A DNA stretch of 64,000 nt from a virus. Taxonomy: Duplodnaviria > Caudoviricetes. The position numbers and the translations under genes were made by a program. The notes beneath the pieces were generated by a model. That model saw only the letters and a program-made list of their open reading frames with translations. It did no database searches and was not told the DNA's origin. This document shows positions 20,795 to 31,491 of the stretch, piece after piece. Location: the IMG/VR virus record IMGVR_UViG_3300025011_000016. One strand, written 5' to 3'. The number at the start of each line of letters is the position of its first letter. The first letter of the stretch is position 1.

Positions 20795-20841
20795 AAAATA
20801 AATATATCGGAGTTACTTTAAAGTAACTCCGATATATTTTA

Positions 20842-21321
20842 TTAAAAAAAATTAATCATTCTCCTATTATGATACAATGGTGCGATCTCTAATATTAATG
20901 AGATTTCTTGAAAATATTTCGACATCATACATCTAGCAAAGTAATTGGCGTCATCCTCTTTATCTAATTTTGTCTTAAAGGTCTTTCCCCTAACATGCTG
21001 ATAACCATGTCTTAATTCATGAAATAGAGCAAAAACCATATATAATTTATTATAAGTAATTGAATGTTTACTATTACTGAAGTTAAATTTATAAATATAT
21101 ATTTTGTTATATTTATAATATATTCGCGCTATTGAATATCCGGTTAGTACATTAATAATGGATAAACCAATGTTTTCTGATATCTTATATTCTAACATGT
21201 TTAAATGAAATAAATATTTAAATCTGGATTTTAATATAATAACTCCAAAACCTAAATTATGATAACTCATTGGTAATAGTTGTATTAATTTAGAAACGTC
21301 CAATTCATTCATAATACTCAA
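20842..21321 (-). CDS. Small HEXXH metallopeptidase-like protein
   Basis: ALFHELRHGYQH and EDDANYFA motifs. Confidence 0.55.
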   Translation of the reverse strand: MSIMNELDVSKLIQLLPMSYHNLGFGVIILKSRFKYLFHLNMLEYKISENIGLSIINVLTGYSIARIYYKYNKIYIYKFNFSNSKHSITYNKLYMVFALFHELRHGYQHVRGKTFKTKLDKEDDANYFARCMMSKYFQEISLILEIAPLYHNRRMINFF

Positions 21322-22769
21322 TCAACCCTTTCATTATTATATTTTAATTCCAGTATCTTAACACACTTAGTTTTAAAATGTTTCAAACGTTTTTTGTACA
21401 TATCGTATACTCTGCCGAACCCCCTATCTACTAATTCAATATAGAATGTGTACTCACTTGACGAATATTCCCTTAATCTACCTGATATTTGATTAGCTGT
21501 TATAGCTGATGAATAAGGTTCAGTCATTATAAGTATACGCAAACCTGGGATATCAGAACCGGTTCCAGTAGACTTAGGAGTTGAACTTATGATATCTGAT
21601 GTTAAAGCTATCAACTTATCGTTATCAGATACTTCAGAATTATATATAGCAATACTTTTATTTGTATAATTAGATCGAATATAATCAGCAATGATTTTAG
21701 ATGACTCTATTTTAGATGATAATACTAATGTTTTTCCTTCCTTATCATTAAAATAATTTAATAAATATAATATTACATCGTGTATCATACCATTCCGCAT
21801 TTGATAGTCAATATATTTATTTCTATCGAAACCATGTAATCCTTTAATGGATGCTTGTATATCTAAGGTGGGTTTTGAATTAAAGATAACTGATATATAT
21901 ACTATATGTTTCCTTTTATCATCTTTAGTCTCTATGCCATATTTAGCTATATTCTTAAAACACAGATTGAAAAGTTTGTTATCTTTATGCTCTGAACGTT
22001 CGAAGTTAGCTGTTAAATAGAATGTCTTCTTAGTATTAGTATAGAAGTCTATTTTTAAAGTATTATAGAATTCAATATGAGCTTCATCGATAACCTTTAC
22101 TCCTATAGCTATTTTTTTAAATAGATTGGATATTTTATCCCAACCATTTTTCTCACCATAAACTTGTAAAGTTCTATGATTTACCATATATACTTTATAT
22201 TTTAATGTTTTACTTTTCAGTATCAATTCTATAACAGAACTACCTTCGATATTACATATATATGAATCATCAAGGTCAGTCATTGATAATAAGGAGTCAT
22301 GCCATTGTTTCTTAATAGCATTATTATGTGTAATAATAAGAGATTTAACTTTCATAAATGTTAAAGCCGCTATTACACAATAAGTTTTACCAAAACTGGT
22401 CTGAAGATTAAGGGATAACTGTGAATATTTCTTTGTATAATTAAATGGGATTTCTCCTAATAGATATGAAATAGATTTCCTTTGAATATCATCACGTGGC
22501 TCGGTTTTTAAACGAAATGAAGCTGGTTCGTATGGATCAGGCTTATAATCAATTTCAATATTAGCATTAAAACTTTTCTCAAGATAACTTAAGTCTAATC
22601 CTCTAGGAATTAATAATTGTTTTAATTCAGGATCATACTGAAATCCTTTAGTATCATACCTGAAGTATGAATCATTCCATATAGATAACATTTTCTCTAA
22701 GTATAAATTGTCTCCTAAATTATAATTTGATATAATAATAGATGTATGATTAACTGTTATTTTATTCAT
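21318..22769 (-). CDS. SF2 DNA helicase (UvsW-like)
   Basis: LQTSFGKT, VIDEAH, LTAN, QISGRLR motifs. Confidence 0.9.
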   Translation of the reverse strand: MNKITVNHTSIIISNYNLGDNLYLEKMLSIWNDSYFRYDTKGFQYDPELKQLLIPRGLDLSYLEKSFNANIEIDYKPDPYEPASFRLKTEPRDDIQRKSISYLLGEIPFNYTKKYSQLSLNLQTSFGKTYCVIAALTFMKVKSLIITHNNAIKKQWHDSLLSMTDLDDSYICNIEGSSVIELILKSKTLKYKVYMVNHRTLQVYGEKNGWDKISNLFKKIAIGVKVIDEAHIEFYNTLKIDFYTNTKKTFYLTANFERSEHKDNKLFNLCFKNIAKYGIETKDDKRKHIVYISVIFNSKPTLDIQASIKGLHGFDRNKYIDYQMRNGMIHDVILYLLNYFNDKEGKTLVLSSKIESSKIIADYIRSNYTNKSIAIYNSEVSDNDKLIALTSDIISSTPKSTGTGSDIPGLRILIMTEPYSSAITANQISGRLREYSSSEYTFYIELVDRGFGRVYDMYKKRLKHFKTKCVKILELKYNNERVD

Positions 22770-22772
22770 AAA

Positions 22773-23135
22773 CTACCACAACTTTCTAAAGAAATTACAG
22801 AAATTAAATATAAGATCATTCACAAAATTAATTATAGTAGATATACATTCCCGTACTGATAGATCACCTTCAGAAACTTTTCGCATTTCTTTAGGTTCAA
22901 TTACATCTAAATTATCAATTAAGCTATCCATTGTTTCAGTTTCAATAGATTTTATCGAGTTGTCCAAACGGATATTTATTTCTGTTCGCAACATATTAAG
23001 TCTATTTTTACTGCACATGGGAACACGATTCCCTAATTCATCATATTCTTGCCCACTGTGAGATATAATTTCCTTTTCAAATAAAGTAATTAATTTATGA
23101 TTACTCATATTCTGTATAGTTTTATTAGGCTTCAT
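22773..23135 (-). CDS. Hypothetical protein
   Basis: ORF with AAAGGG RBS, co-oriented with the helicase. Confidence 0.55.
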   Translation of the reverse strand: MKPNKTIQNMSNHKLITLFEKEIISHSGQEYDELGNRVPMCSKNRLNMLRTEINIRLDNSIKSIETETMDSLIDNLDVIEPKEMRKVSEGDLSVRECISTIINFVNDLIFNFCNFFRKLW

Positions 23136-23240
23136 TTATCCAACCCTTTCTTAATAAAAAAATGACATGTTATGAATAGAAATAAAACTTTCTATTCATA
23201 ACATGTTTTATTAAATATTTGTTAAACGGTTAATTATATA

Positions 23241-23756
23241 TTAAAATTCTCCTTTGGATACTGAATCTATAGCTAATTTAGCTGTTGGATCAAAACAGCC
23301 ACTTGAATTACGCCATTCGTTGTGAGATAAAATAACATCGGCTTTGTTATAAATCCTATGTATTTCTTTCTTAGCCTTCTTTAATTTATTAGCATGATCA
23401 GTATGTGCCATTTTTCTAAGATGATTAATATGTTCTTGACTATACCCAGATTTTGTCAATTCATTAATTAAATAATTAATAAAGATATCACTATTAGTAG
23501 ATTTTTCACATTTCATTTGATGTTGTAAATTCTTTGTAAGATTAGTAATATATGTAACTTTTTCATTTCGTTTAGTTCTTAAAGTTCTAAGTAATACAAC
23601 GTCGGGTTCATTACTTTTTACATCATATAATATTATACTCTTTGTTAATTTTGCTATTTCAATATGTAATAAATTTTTCTCATCAGTTAATTGCTTTATT
23701 AGAATCTCATTCCTTGATATGTATCCCCCACACCCCGAACACCGATTTATGTCCAA
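23241..23756 (-). CDS. Hypothetical protein with N-terminal CxxC and coiled coil
   Basis: MDINRCSGCGG; GGGGTGG RBS. Confidence 0.55.
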   Translation of the reverse strand: MDINRCSGCGGYISRNEILIKQLTDEKNLLHIEIAKLTKSIILYDVKSNEPDVVLLRTLRTKRNEKVTYITNLTKNLQHQMKCEKSTNSDIFINYLINELTKSGYSQEHINHLRKMAHTDHANKLKKAKKEIHRIYNKADVILSHNEWRNSSGCFDPTAKLAIDSVSKGEF

Positions 23757-23854
23757 TATTATCCACCCCCATTTTATACCATTATTCTCTTGTTTAAATC
23801 GAAGTATAATAAAAAAATAACTAGAGATAAAATCTCTAGTTATTTTTTTATAGT

Positions 23855-26676
23855 TTATGGTCTGGATTTAAAGAAAGAATCTATATAAGAAGCTTCTCTC
23901 TTTTTAAATGTTAATGGATTAATAAGTTGTCGTCCTAATGCCTGGAAGGATAAACCTATTAAGACAGAAGGATGTTTTTCTAATGCGGATTCAACAGTCA
24001 TTATTTGATACTCAGCTTTTTCACCATACTTACTGAAATCCGGTCTATATAAGATATCCTTACTGTGTCTTAATAGAGGGTGTATCAACAATTCACCATG
24101 AACCGCATCTGAATCAATTTTAGATTCGATTAATAGATCTAACATCTTTTGACATAACTCATCAACAGATCTACATCCAACATGATCACTTCTATTAAGT
24201 AAATACATGATGTTATAAAGAGGACGTGTCAATTCGTTATTCTCAATTTCTAATACGAATATCTTAGAATCATCATCAATTTTAGCAAAGTCAATTTCAT
24301 AAGCGTCTTTATGAGATTTACTCTTATTCATTAACTCAACTATATCTGGAGATATATATAAGTCTTTCTGATTCAATTCCATACATTCTATAATCTCACC
24401 AGATTTTTTATGTTTAACATGGAATATAGTTACAAATGTATTGAAATCAGTATCATCATATTCATTAATACTAATAATATTTTTATTAATAATAACTAAA
24501 GAATAATCATTTAAGTTAATGTCGTCATTAGTTATATTAAGAAGAATTTCATTTGCATTAATAGTGAAAAACTTATAGAAATCAGCATTGAATTCTATCT
24601 TTTCCGAAACTGTTGTTAGTAGGTGTTTAGTTGATAATACTCTCTGAGATACAGGTTCTGTTATTCTTGATCCAGCATATCCACCAATAGAGATACCTTT
24701 ATTGGTATGATATAGTTGCCCATAACAATGCCAACATATTCCATCTTTAGCTGAACAAGTTGCTGGAGATTTAACATAGATAGTTTTACCAACAATATTT
24801 TCCTCATGACCTTCAATGACGTTATAATCTCTAGTATTCTCAAGACGATAATATCTTCCCTGTAATCGTCTTAAATGCTCTTTAGTTTTGATTTCGTATT
24901 GAATTGAATGAATGCTATTACATGTTTTAACAGTAGGACTTAATTTTATTCCTGATGTTAAAAGCATTACTAATCGTGCAAACGTATTTTCATATAGATC
25001 GTAAATCCATACAGTTCTCTAATGAACTTCCCTATAACTATATAGGATACAAGACTATATCACCATCCAATGATGGATGATTCTTATTTCAGTTTAACTA
25101 TAAACTTACGAGCTTTTACTCTAGTCGTTGAACCTTTCTCTTAGTAAGAGTATTGGCTGCGGATCGTCCAATCTTCAATTAAGAAGTTCTAAGGAGTTCC
25201 CCGTCAATTAAAGAAATTTTCTCATTATATATTACTATATAATGCCACCTGTAATTGATGGCCAGATCTACCCATACGTAAGTTGACATTATTCGTTACA
25301 TAATGTAGTCCACAAAGAACTCCCTATATTTCTATAGGATACCAGACTATCTCTTCTCATTTAATTAAATGAGTCTCTCCATTTCGATTTAAGAGTTTTC
25401 ACACCCACTCACTTTGAGCTCTAAATTAGTCGTTGAACCTTTCTCTTATTATAAAGAGACTTGGCTGCGGATTATCCAATCTTAAACATTATTACATTAG
25501 TAGTTTAAGCAGTAAGGAACTTCCCGTCAATTAAAAGAGAAATGGCTAAAAATTAACCAGTTTATTCATAATTAATGATTTTCTTCCACCACGATACTTT
25601 CACATAGGTCGTTAATCCATGCAGTTCTCTTATGAACTTCCCTAATATTTATTAGGATACAAGACTATATCACAATCTTCTATATAGAAGATTCCATTAA
25701 TTTCGATATAACTTTATATCTACGAGTCACGCTCTAGTCGTTGAACCTTATTCTTATATAAGAATCTTGGCTGCGGATTGTCCAATCTTCAATTAGAAGT
25801 TCTAAGGAGTTTCCCGTCAATTAAAATAGTTTTACAACATAAGTCCACCTATGCCGCCCCAAGTTGTTTTAGGGAGTCAATATAGTAATTAGTGATGTTG
25901 GATAATCCCCCTACTATGAAGTTACTATTGATCGGATGGGGGATTGTATTTCCAGAAAGATCCGGCTTCAGCCCCCCACTAATTGCGAACTCTGCTAACT
26001 GTTTATGTTTAATCCCAGCACCAGATTTTAGTATTGGCTGTAGCATATTTCCAACAGGATCATTTTCTAAAATGGCAACTTGCTCATGCATTAGATCATC
26101 TAGTAATGATTCTATTTCCGTAGGTTGAAGTCCGTCTGGAATAACCGTTCGTATGATTTCGTTAAATCTAGGTATACGTTCGCTTACGTCAATAAACGTC
26201 TCAATATTAATTGATAACCCCAATATCATATTAAAGTCAGTTGATATTCTAGATAGATTGTGGATCATATCTGCAATTACTTTATTCATTTTAGTATTAC
26301 TGATAATCTTTCTAAATGGTAAAACTATCTTTCTATCAACATATGATTTGATATAATCTGCCGATATCTTACTACAATCAACTATATAAGATTCATTCAA
26401 TCTATCAATATAACCCAACTTCATCATCGGTGACCAAAACATATAATTTGTTAAGAAATGTCTTAATTGGAGAGTATGAATTTGTTCTCCTTCTTTATCT
26501 GAAAATTTAAAATACACTGGGCATGTTCTCAACTCCTTAACTTCAAACCCTCGTTTTAAATAATCATAGAACAACTCTAGATTAGCTTTGTAGTCCTTCT
26601 TAGTAGCCATTAAGTTTGAGATAATAAAGATCTTATTGGATAGCTCACTGATTATTTTTCCTACATCCGAATCCAA
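23855..26676 (-). CDS. Non-virion RNA polymerase beta' C-terminal subunit, four exons (26676..25871, 25591..25556, 25276..25258, 24982..23855), about 662 aa
   Basis: Spliced bridge helix YYIDSL|GGRKSLIMNKLV|MGRSGH|FARLVML; zinc motif CSAKDGICWHCYG; trigger loop AGSRITEPVSQRVLSTKH; region H IGLSFQALGRQL. Exon sum 1989 nt. Confidence 0.9.
24983..25257 (-). ncRNA. ORF-less group I intron (beta'C intron 3, 275 nt)
   Basis: P1 GCCAT/GTGGC; core motifs present; ends GAAAATACG. Confidence 0.9.
25277..25555 (-). ncRNA. ORF-less group I intron (beta'C intron 2, 279 nt)
   Basis: P1 TGGT/GCCA; core motifs present; ends CAACTTACG. Confidence 0.85.
25592..25870 (-). ncRNA. ORF-less group I intron (beta'C intron 1, 279 nt)
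   Basis: P1 CCCT/GGGG; core motifs present; ends GAAAGTATCG. Confidence 0.85.
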
Positions 26677-26797
26677 AAATATGACCTCCTTCTTTTATAA
26701 TACTGTTTTTTCTATTATTATAATATATATTTATAGGTTTATTTATATTGGAACATACAAAAAAAAAGAATACCGTTGATGGCATTCTTTTTTATAA

Positions 26798-27436
26798 TTA
26801 TAATTTTAAAAATAATCGTTCTTTAACATACTCAATAACTGAAATATCAGGATTCTTAATAAGTAAGATATTATCTAATCTATCTTCTACTGCAATACGT
26901 TGACATTTAATACATGGAGATTTAATACCCATTATAGAGGTGCTGTCACCCTCAACTGCCACTAACTGTACATAGTCAGTTGGATTTTCGATAATACTTA
27001 TAGTATGTGGATTTAATTTAACTGCAAGTAATTGAGTCTCCTTTGTTGGATTTTTAATATACAACATGGATTTAGGTGTTGATTCGAGAGCAATTTCAAT
27101 GATTGTAGGTAAAGGATTTTTGATAAAATTTAAGAATCTATGATCGGTTTTAATAACATGTAATTGAGCACTATAACATGGAGTATCGATTAATTTAATA
27201 CGTGTAGGCTCGCAGACTACTGCCATCATTTGTATTAAGTCAGTTGGATTTTCAATATATCTGATAGCTAAAGGTTCACTTATAATAGCGTACATTTGTA
27301 CTCTTTCAGATGCCCCTTTAATAAATTGAATAATATTACCATTTAATTGAACAGCCATTACGTGTTCGTCCTCTGTTGGATTTTGAATGTCAATAAAGTT
27401 TAATACATCCGCTTTTATTAATTCCTCGTTAGTCAT
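26798..27436 (-). CDS. Tandem-repeat helical protein (about 22-aa repeats)
   Basis: Repeats of PTxxxQxxAVxxxxxxIxxIxNP; GGAGGAG RBS; TATATATTAT box at 27474..27483. Confidence 0.7.
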   Translation of the reverse strand: MTNEELIKADVLNFIDIQNPTEDEHVMAVQLNGNIIQFIKGASERVQMYAIISEPLAIRYIENPTDLIQMMAVVCEPTRIKLIDTPCYSAQLHVIKTDHRFLNFIKNPLPTIIEIALESTPKSMLYIKNPTKETQLLAVKLNPHTISIIENPTDYVQLVAVEGDSTSIMGIKSPCIKCQRIAVEDRLDNILLIKNPDISVIEYVKERLFLKL

Positions 27437-27579
27437 AATAAACTCCTCCCAAATATTTTTTATATCTACAATAATAATATATAATTAAAATCTATATAAG
27501 ATATACGTTATATTAACTTTAAACATATTATTAAAATACTCTAAACAAACTTTATTTAAAAGAGGGTAGGTGGATTAAT

Positions 27580-29655
27580 TTGTCAGACAATGGTTTGATT
27601 AGTATACATGAATTAAATCATACTATAGGAGATAAACTTACGACTTTAACACATACTAAATCTGGTGTAGATTCAAATGGTATTTATACTATAGTGGCTC
27701 ATAAACGTCCAGATAATACAATAGCTAGAGTTACTACACTTACTGGTGGAGTTTCACCTAGTTATGATACATTAAAAATTGAATCATATAAATTAGATGG
27801 TATAACTATTGAAACTACTGAAAATATATCACTAACATATGATGCCAATAATCAACCTATAATATCTAATGATTTAATGAAATTGCATGGGTTAGTTGAA
27901 GCCTCCTTTAATGCGTATAAGGCTGATAATGCGATACAATTACTAGACAATGCGATAAGTCCAGATATCTTTACAGGAACTGATTATCAAAAAGTACAAC
28001 AAGCATTAGACAACGCTATAGTAACCAATATAATGAGATTACCCAACACGACATACACCATTAATGAGTTGGTTACAATAGGTAGCGTTATTTCTGTTGC
28101 AATTTATAAGTGTACAGTTGCTGGTACTACTTCTTCGACCCTCAGTACATCTATCGTGTGGCCTAACAATGTTGGAGATACGATTGTAGACGGTGCTGTA
28201 ACTTGGATGGTTGTTAATACCCCTAGAAGGGCTGTTAAGTTTGCTAGAATGTACGACATAACAGGACAAGGAGCATTATTGATTAATAAATTACCGGACG
28301 CTCAAGACAGAAATGTTTTATATATAATAGGCGTTGGTGGGGGCATTATAAAAAATGATGCTGGATTCATTTTTACGTCCATAGTGGAAAATGTTGGCGA
28401 TATAAATGAAAGTTCTATGCGATACCATAGCATAACAGGGGCTGGGACTATGGTGTGGGATGGAGAAAAGATAATTCGTACAAAGTCCCATGATTTTAAT
28501 TGCAGAAACGTCGATTCTATTATCTATTCCCCTAATAGATATATACAATCTATGCAATTTTTTCATGGTAATATAACAGGTGGTGCTGGTTGGGCCGCAG
28601 GGTTTAAGGAAAGTTACGACAGTACCTTTGATGATATTTTGATCGAATTAAGGGAGAATGGTATAGGTAACACGGAAGGACTCGCTGGGTTCCAAAATCG
28701 CAATTTAAGGATAACCAATAACGTTATTGAATCATTAACAGGGATCGCGATACAAGTTGGTAGTTGTTTAGGTGGGGCAATTGAAGATAATTACCTTGAA
28801 CATAATAAGGTAGCAGATATCGACCTACACACCATTAATAAATGGTATCACTATGGATTGGGAACTAAGGGTAATAGGATATCTATGCACACGGATAGAC
28901 TAGTTAGGCAACCTGGTTTATGGACTCGAAATACTGTATATGCTCTAAATGCGTACGTAGTTTCAGACGTTACGCCATATCACATTCATAAATGTATCGT
29001 GGCTGGGACAAGCGGAGGTTCCGGGGGTACTTATCCATTATTCTCAACAACTCCCGGTGGTACAGTAGTTGATGGTACTGTTACGTGGCAAGAAGTAGAT
29101 GCACCTTTGGGAGCAGCAGGAATAGTGGTTGGTAGTACGTTTTATGCTACTACTGCCGTACAGTTTGACAATGAAAAATCCTCGTGTGTCTTTCAGAATA
29201 ATAGTTGTGATGGTGACTTATATTTAAAACTTGGAACAGGATTGTTAGTTAGCAATGGCGATTACTCACTATTAACAAAACTATTAACTAATAATAATAT
29301 TATAGTAGCGACAGGTGTTAATCGTGTGGCTAACCAACCCCAAAACACACCCATTCCCGATAATAGATCAAGTGGAATAATACGGGGGTATAGATACCCG
29401 ACCACAGTAACCCTATTGGCATCTGAAACAAAAGTCGTTACCATACCTATAATAAATGGTATCTTTTATGCCCCAATAAAACCCGAGGACAGTATATCTC
29501 TATACTGTTCACCCTGCGACAATGTTCAGATTTTATCAATGGAACCTAGTCATATATCGGCGAACATTGGTCAGGTTAAGGTTAATCTAAGAAACCTCAC
29601 AGCCGCCGAGTTAACATTTACGCTTACAATTGCTGTGCTGAAAATATTTAGTTAG
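27580..29655 (+). CDS. Tail fibre/spike with parallel beta-helix and two short carbohydrate-binding-like modules
   Basis: NNVIESLTGIAI...IEDNYLEHN beta-helix rungs; repeated GDT(I/V)VDG(A/T)VTW modules; late promoter 27522..27533; GC above genome background. Confidence 0.7.
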   Translation: MSDNGLISIHELNHTIGDKLTTLTHTKSGVDSNGIYTIVAHKRPDNTIARVTTLTGGVSPSYDTLKIESYKLDGITIETTENISLTYDANNQPIISNDLMKLHGLVEASFNAYKADNAIQLLDNAISPDIFTGTDYQKVQQALDNAIVTNIMRLPNTTYTINELVTIGSVISVAIYKCTVAGTTSSTLSTSIVWPNNVGDTIVDGAVTWMVVNTPRRAVKFARMYDITGQGALLINKLPDAQDRNVLYIIGVGGGIIKNDAGFIFTSIVENVGDINESSMRYHSITGAGTMVWDGEKIIRTKSHDFNCRNVDSIIYSPNRYIQSMQFFHGNITGGAGWAAGFKESYDSTFDDILIELRENGIGNTEGLAGFQNRNLRITNNVIESLTGIAIQVGSCLGGAIEDNYLEHNKVADIDLHTINKWYHYGLGTKGNRISMHTDRLVRQPGLWTRNTVYALNAYVVSDVTPYHIHKCIVAGTSGGSGGTYPLFSTTPGGTVVDGTVTWQEVDAPLGAAGIVVGSTFYATTAVQFDNEKSSCVFQNNSCDGDLYLKLGTGLLVSNGDYSLLTKLLTNNNIIVATGVNRVANQPQNTPIPDNRSSGIIRGYRYPTTVTLLASETKVVTIPIINGIFYAPIKPEDSISLYCSPCDNVQILSMEPSHISANIGQVKVNLRNLTAAELTFTLTIAVLKIFS

Positions 29656-29660
29656 GGAGA

Positions 29661-29942
29661 GTGAAAAAAATGGCTATAATTAATAACGTTGAATTACCTA
29701 GTGGAATTATTGTTGAAAATGCCTATCGAAGAATTAGCGCTGTAAGCGGGAATAAAGAATTATTGGCGCTCTCGCTAGACTCATATATTTCTCAGCAGGC
29801 GTATGCCGAGGGTAAAAGTCTGGTTAATCAACAAGCATTTGCCTTTGCTCCTTCTGTTGATGAAACAGCACTTAATTTTATCAAGCAAGGATATGAATAT
29901 CTTAAAACTTTGCCCGAATTAGCAACCGCAGTTGATGTATAG
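29661..29942 (+). CDS. Small tail fibre assembly/chaperone-like protein
   Basis: About 90 aa directly after the spike; NFIKQGYEYLKTLPE C-terminus typical of such proteins. Confidence 0.5.
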   Translation: MKKMAIINNVELPSGIIVENAYRRISAVSGNKELLALSLDSYISQQAYAEGKSLVNQQAFAFAPSVDETALNFIKQGYEYLKTLPELATAVDV

Positions 29943-30039
29943 TTGACGCATTATACGACATAGATGATATTAAGTAAAATTCTAATTTTAAAATAATTAA
30001 TACTCGATAGATTAATCTATCGAGTATTAATTATTCGTT

Positions 30040-30513
30040 TTATTTGTGTGATCCACGGACTGGAATGGACGAATTTAGTTCACCGTGAACTTTAGCGGCA
30101 ACGCTCTTAACAATATTGGATTTTGTTCGCTGGGCGTTACTAACGGCTTGGCGAGCCATACGCTCTGCCTGGGCCCCATATTTCTTGTCAAGGAAATTTT
30201 CCAAGGCCCGTTCAATTCTCCATATAGTTATCAATTTTTTGAATTTAACATCTTTACGGGCTTTGGCGATTTCAAATATCGCCATCTTTTTCGCACGACT
30301 CATTTTAGCCTTTTTGTCTAAACGGACAATGGTTTTTTCGAGAAGGACTTGATCCCGTAATGCCGCTTGAACTTCTGTATGGTTTTCACAAAATGCATGT
30401 AATTCATCAGTAGTCATAACGTCTAACATAGCAGCCTCCATAATGAGGGCTTGAGATTCTGTACTAATTTCTTCAGTGCCAGATTCCAGTCCAGCGTCTT
30501 TACCAAAAATCAT
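30040..30513 (-). CDS. Small abundant virion protein
   Basis: Late promoter 30541..30552; high-expression codons; acidic N-terminus, basic C-terminus. Confidence 0.6.
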   Translation of the reverse strand: MIFGKDAGLESGTEEISTESQALIMEAAMLDVMTTDELHAFCENHTEVQAALRDQVLLEKTIVRLDKKAKMSRAKKMAIFEIAKARKDVKFKKLITIWRIERALENFLDKKYGAQAERMARQAVSNAQRTKSNIVKSVAAKVHGELNSSIPVRGSHK

Positions 30514-30671
30514 TATTCTTCAACTCCTATAAACATTTTTTATTTAATTGTTCATTAATATATTTTTACCACCATATGAAAACTAATTTCTATAGTAGAT
30601 AACAAATTAATGTCTTATTAACATTTTAATAAATATGAATTTATATATTATTAATTTAGTATTATAAAGAA

Positions 30672-31094
30672 ATGAGGATGATTTATATGTCAGAAAGAAG
30701 TACAGTAGTTATATTATTAAATAGTTCCGCTTATTTAAAAGGTGTAAAATGGATGAAAGATAACTCTATTTCAGATGAAAATAATCTATTGAAAAGTAAT
30801 GGTAATGTATATTATTTAAAAACCGGACATATTATTTTATTCTTTGAAGATAGTAAATGGTATTCTCATATTCAAGACGTCGGTAATATGATGCAGTTAT
30901 TAGCAACTCTTGATGATGAAGAATATCGTTTCGTTGAAGTTGATGGTTATGGTGGGGTTAATGAGATGGGTGATAATGATGGTCATGAGTTATATGCATA
31001 CACCCACTTAGTCATGCCTGATTTAAAATCCGAAGCAATAAAACTTGATCCAACTAAATATTATATCTTTATTAATATAAATGATGGTGAATGA
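30672..31094 (+). CDS. Hypothetical early protein, paralog of the next gene
   Basis: Shares SDExNLLKS and PxxYYIFI motifs with 31081..31491; TATATATTAT at 30642..30651. Confidence 0.7.
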   Translation: MRMIYMSERSTVVILLNSSAYLKGVKWMKDNSISDENNLLKSNGNVYYLKTGHIILFFEDSKWYSHIQDVGNMMQLLATLDDEEYRFVEVDGYGGVNEMGDNDGHELYAYTHLVMPDLKSEAIKLDPTKYYIFININDGE

Positions 31095-31491
31095 TATGAT
31101 TGTTTTATTATTAACAGGTGAAGCTTACGAAAAGATATTACTAGAATTATCAAACGATGCTGTTAGTGATGAGTTTAATTTGCTTAAAAGTTATGATAAT
31201 CTTTATTTATTACCCAGTGGAAATGTATTGTTATATATTGAATCTGATGATAATTATGATGATCAGGATATAGTTTTGGATGAGTATTTGGAAGAACATC
31301 TTGCTCTATGTGATTATCGTCTTATACGAATGAACTATGGTAATGTTGAATGGGACTGGGGTAGTTTATCAGCAGAAGAATTATATACTCTACATATCTG
31401 TACAATGCTTGATGAACCAGATTTACCTAAATTAAAACATATTGAACCTAATAGATATTATATCTTTATTAAAGTAGGTAATGTTAAATGA
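31081..31491 (+). CDS. Hypothetical protein, paralog of the previous gene
   Basis: Same motif order as 30672..31094. Confidence 0.7.
   Translation: MMVNDMIVLLLTGEAYEKILLELSNDAVSDEFNLLKSYDNLYLLPSGNVLLYIESDDNYDDQDIVLDEYLEEHLALCDYRLIRMNYGNVEWDWGSLSAEELYTLHICTMLDEPDLPKLKHIEPNRYYIFIKVGNVK

Noticed and set aside
24983-25870. CRISPR array or tandem repeat
   Set aside because: The repeating units are ~280-nt ribozymes and the 'spacers' are in-frame exons; no cas genes. No CRISPR array was seen elsewhere.
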